Below are positions 63,135 through 64,000 of a DNA stretch of 64,000 nucleotides, in pieces; position 1 is the first letter of the stretch, and every line of letters begins with the position of its first letter. The stretch spans positions 8,947 through 72,946 of the IMG/VR virus record IMGVR_UViG_3300020179_001470; one strand, given 5' to 3'. A model generated the notes under the pieces. That model saw only the letters and a program-made list of their open reading frames with translations, did no database searches and had not been told where the DNA came from. The position numbers were made by a program, and so were the translations under genes. Origin of the DNA: a virus.

Positions 63135-63350
63135 TCAGGAGGTCAAGTATTTCTTGTCTTTCAAAAATTTGAGGTGTTTACATTCCTCAATCGTCAACCC
63201 CACAAACTCGTCGGGGGTAAAACTGATTTCATCGGGATAGTAGTCGAACAAAAATTCTTCTTGTCCATTTTCCATTGTAACCCACACTTGGGGCATCGGG
63301 TCGAACAAACTCTTTGGTTGTTCGGTAATTCTTGATGAGATAACTTTCAT
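63135..63350 (-). CDS. Hypothetical protein
   Basis: LFDYYPDEISF...FVGLT. Confidence 0.65.
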   Translation of the reverse strand: MKVISSRITEQPKSLFDPMPQVWVTMENGQEEFLFDYYPDEISFTPDEFVGLTIEECKHLKFLKDKKYLTS

Positions 63351-63457
63351 GATTTTGTCTATTGGTTTAACTACACAAATATAAAACTATTTTTCTTATA
63401 TACCAAATTTATTTTTATTTTTTTCTTGGTTTTTATTTCTCATCATATTTATCTTAT

Positions 63458-64000
63458 ATGAAAAAAGTTGTTAGATTAACGGAATCTGATTTAACAAGAA
63501 TTGTTAGACGAATTATAAAGGAAAATGAAACAGAAAATGAAACTCCTACATGGGATAATATGATGAGAGATAATCGTATATTGTTTGATAAATTAAAAGC
63601 GCCTGAAAAGATAACCTTACAAATAACTGATGAAGGTAAAGAAAAAATCAAGTCTGAATTATTAGATTGGATTCCACAAAATGCAAGAGTTCCATCCCGC
63701 ATAACTATTGTAGATGAAGTTACTTTAGATAGAAGTCTTCATGATGAAAATATGAGTATTAGGGTTGGTGAAATAGTATTAGATATAGGTGGAAGAGAAG
63801 TGCCATATTTTGGTAAATATACACAAGATGATGATGAAGAGTTTGGATTTGGTAAGGAAGTTAGCACAAGTAGATTTTCAGTTCGTGCTGAATATTTCCC
63901 AGAATCAAAAAAGGGTCAACTTAGCGCAGTAATAGGTCTAACTAAAGGTTTAGAACGACGTTCAGTTAAGTCAACAATGAGAAATTTAAAAAAAATGAAT
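63458..64000 (+). CDS. Hypothetical, possibly virion-internal protein (runs off window end)
   Basis: MKKVVRLTESDLTRIVRRIIKE; TATTTAT at 63446. Confidence 0.7.
   Translation, partial: MKKVVRLTESDLTRIVRRIIKENETENETPTWDNMMRDNRILFDKLKAPEKITLQITDEGKEKIKSELLDWIPQNARVPSRITIVDEVTLDRSLHDENMSIRVGEIVLDIGGREVPYFGKYTQDDDEEFGFGKEVSTSRFSVRAEYFPESKKGQLSAVIGLTKGLERRSVKSTMRNLKKMN

Noticed and set aside
1-64000. Stop-codon reassignment (TAG or TGA)
   Set aside because: Recognisable genes are full length in the standard code, and reading through the RNA-ligase stub TAG does not restore the protein.
1-64000. tRNA or rRNA genes
   Set aside because: No cloverleaf or rRNA signatures recognised by eye; tRNAscan-SE would be needed to exclude them.

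Overview
AT-rich, gene-dense window that reads as part of a large (jumbo) phage infecting Bacteroidota. Evidence: Bacteroidetes-type TTTG-N~19-TAnnTTTG promoters, a separate TATTTAT promoter-like class, many small hypothetical ORFs and host-derived metabolic genes (ppsA, mgsA, iscU/iscA, LpxH-like + GT2, TagD-like). No capsid or tail genes were recognised, so the phage call is an inference. Positions 1-41.7 kb are mostly + strand and 41.9-63.4 kb are mostly - strand. Highlight 1: a compact type V locus (36.95-39.52 kb) ordered promoter + boxA-like element, tracrRNA-like scaffold, 36-bp-repeat CRISPR array, intact Cas12f-like nuclease. The 3' end of the nuclease gene overlaps a second, covarying copy of the same scaffold, fused directly to the last 15 nt of the repeat and a guide. 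The locus therefore appears to hold both a split tracr/crRNA guide and a TnpB-style fused omegaRNA-like guide. Highlight 2: the - strand region is built from terminator-motif-promoter modules. These carry about 40 GCCAA(A/C)C(A/T)AA sites, inverted pairs around an IHF-consensus core found in both orientations, stop codons supplied by the motif, and GC-rich flanks dense in restriction-type sites. All calls come from reading the sequence; no database searches were run.
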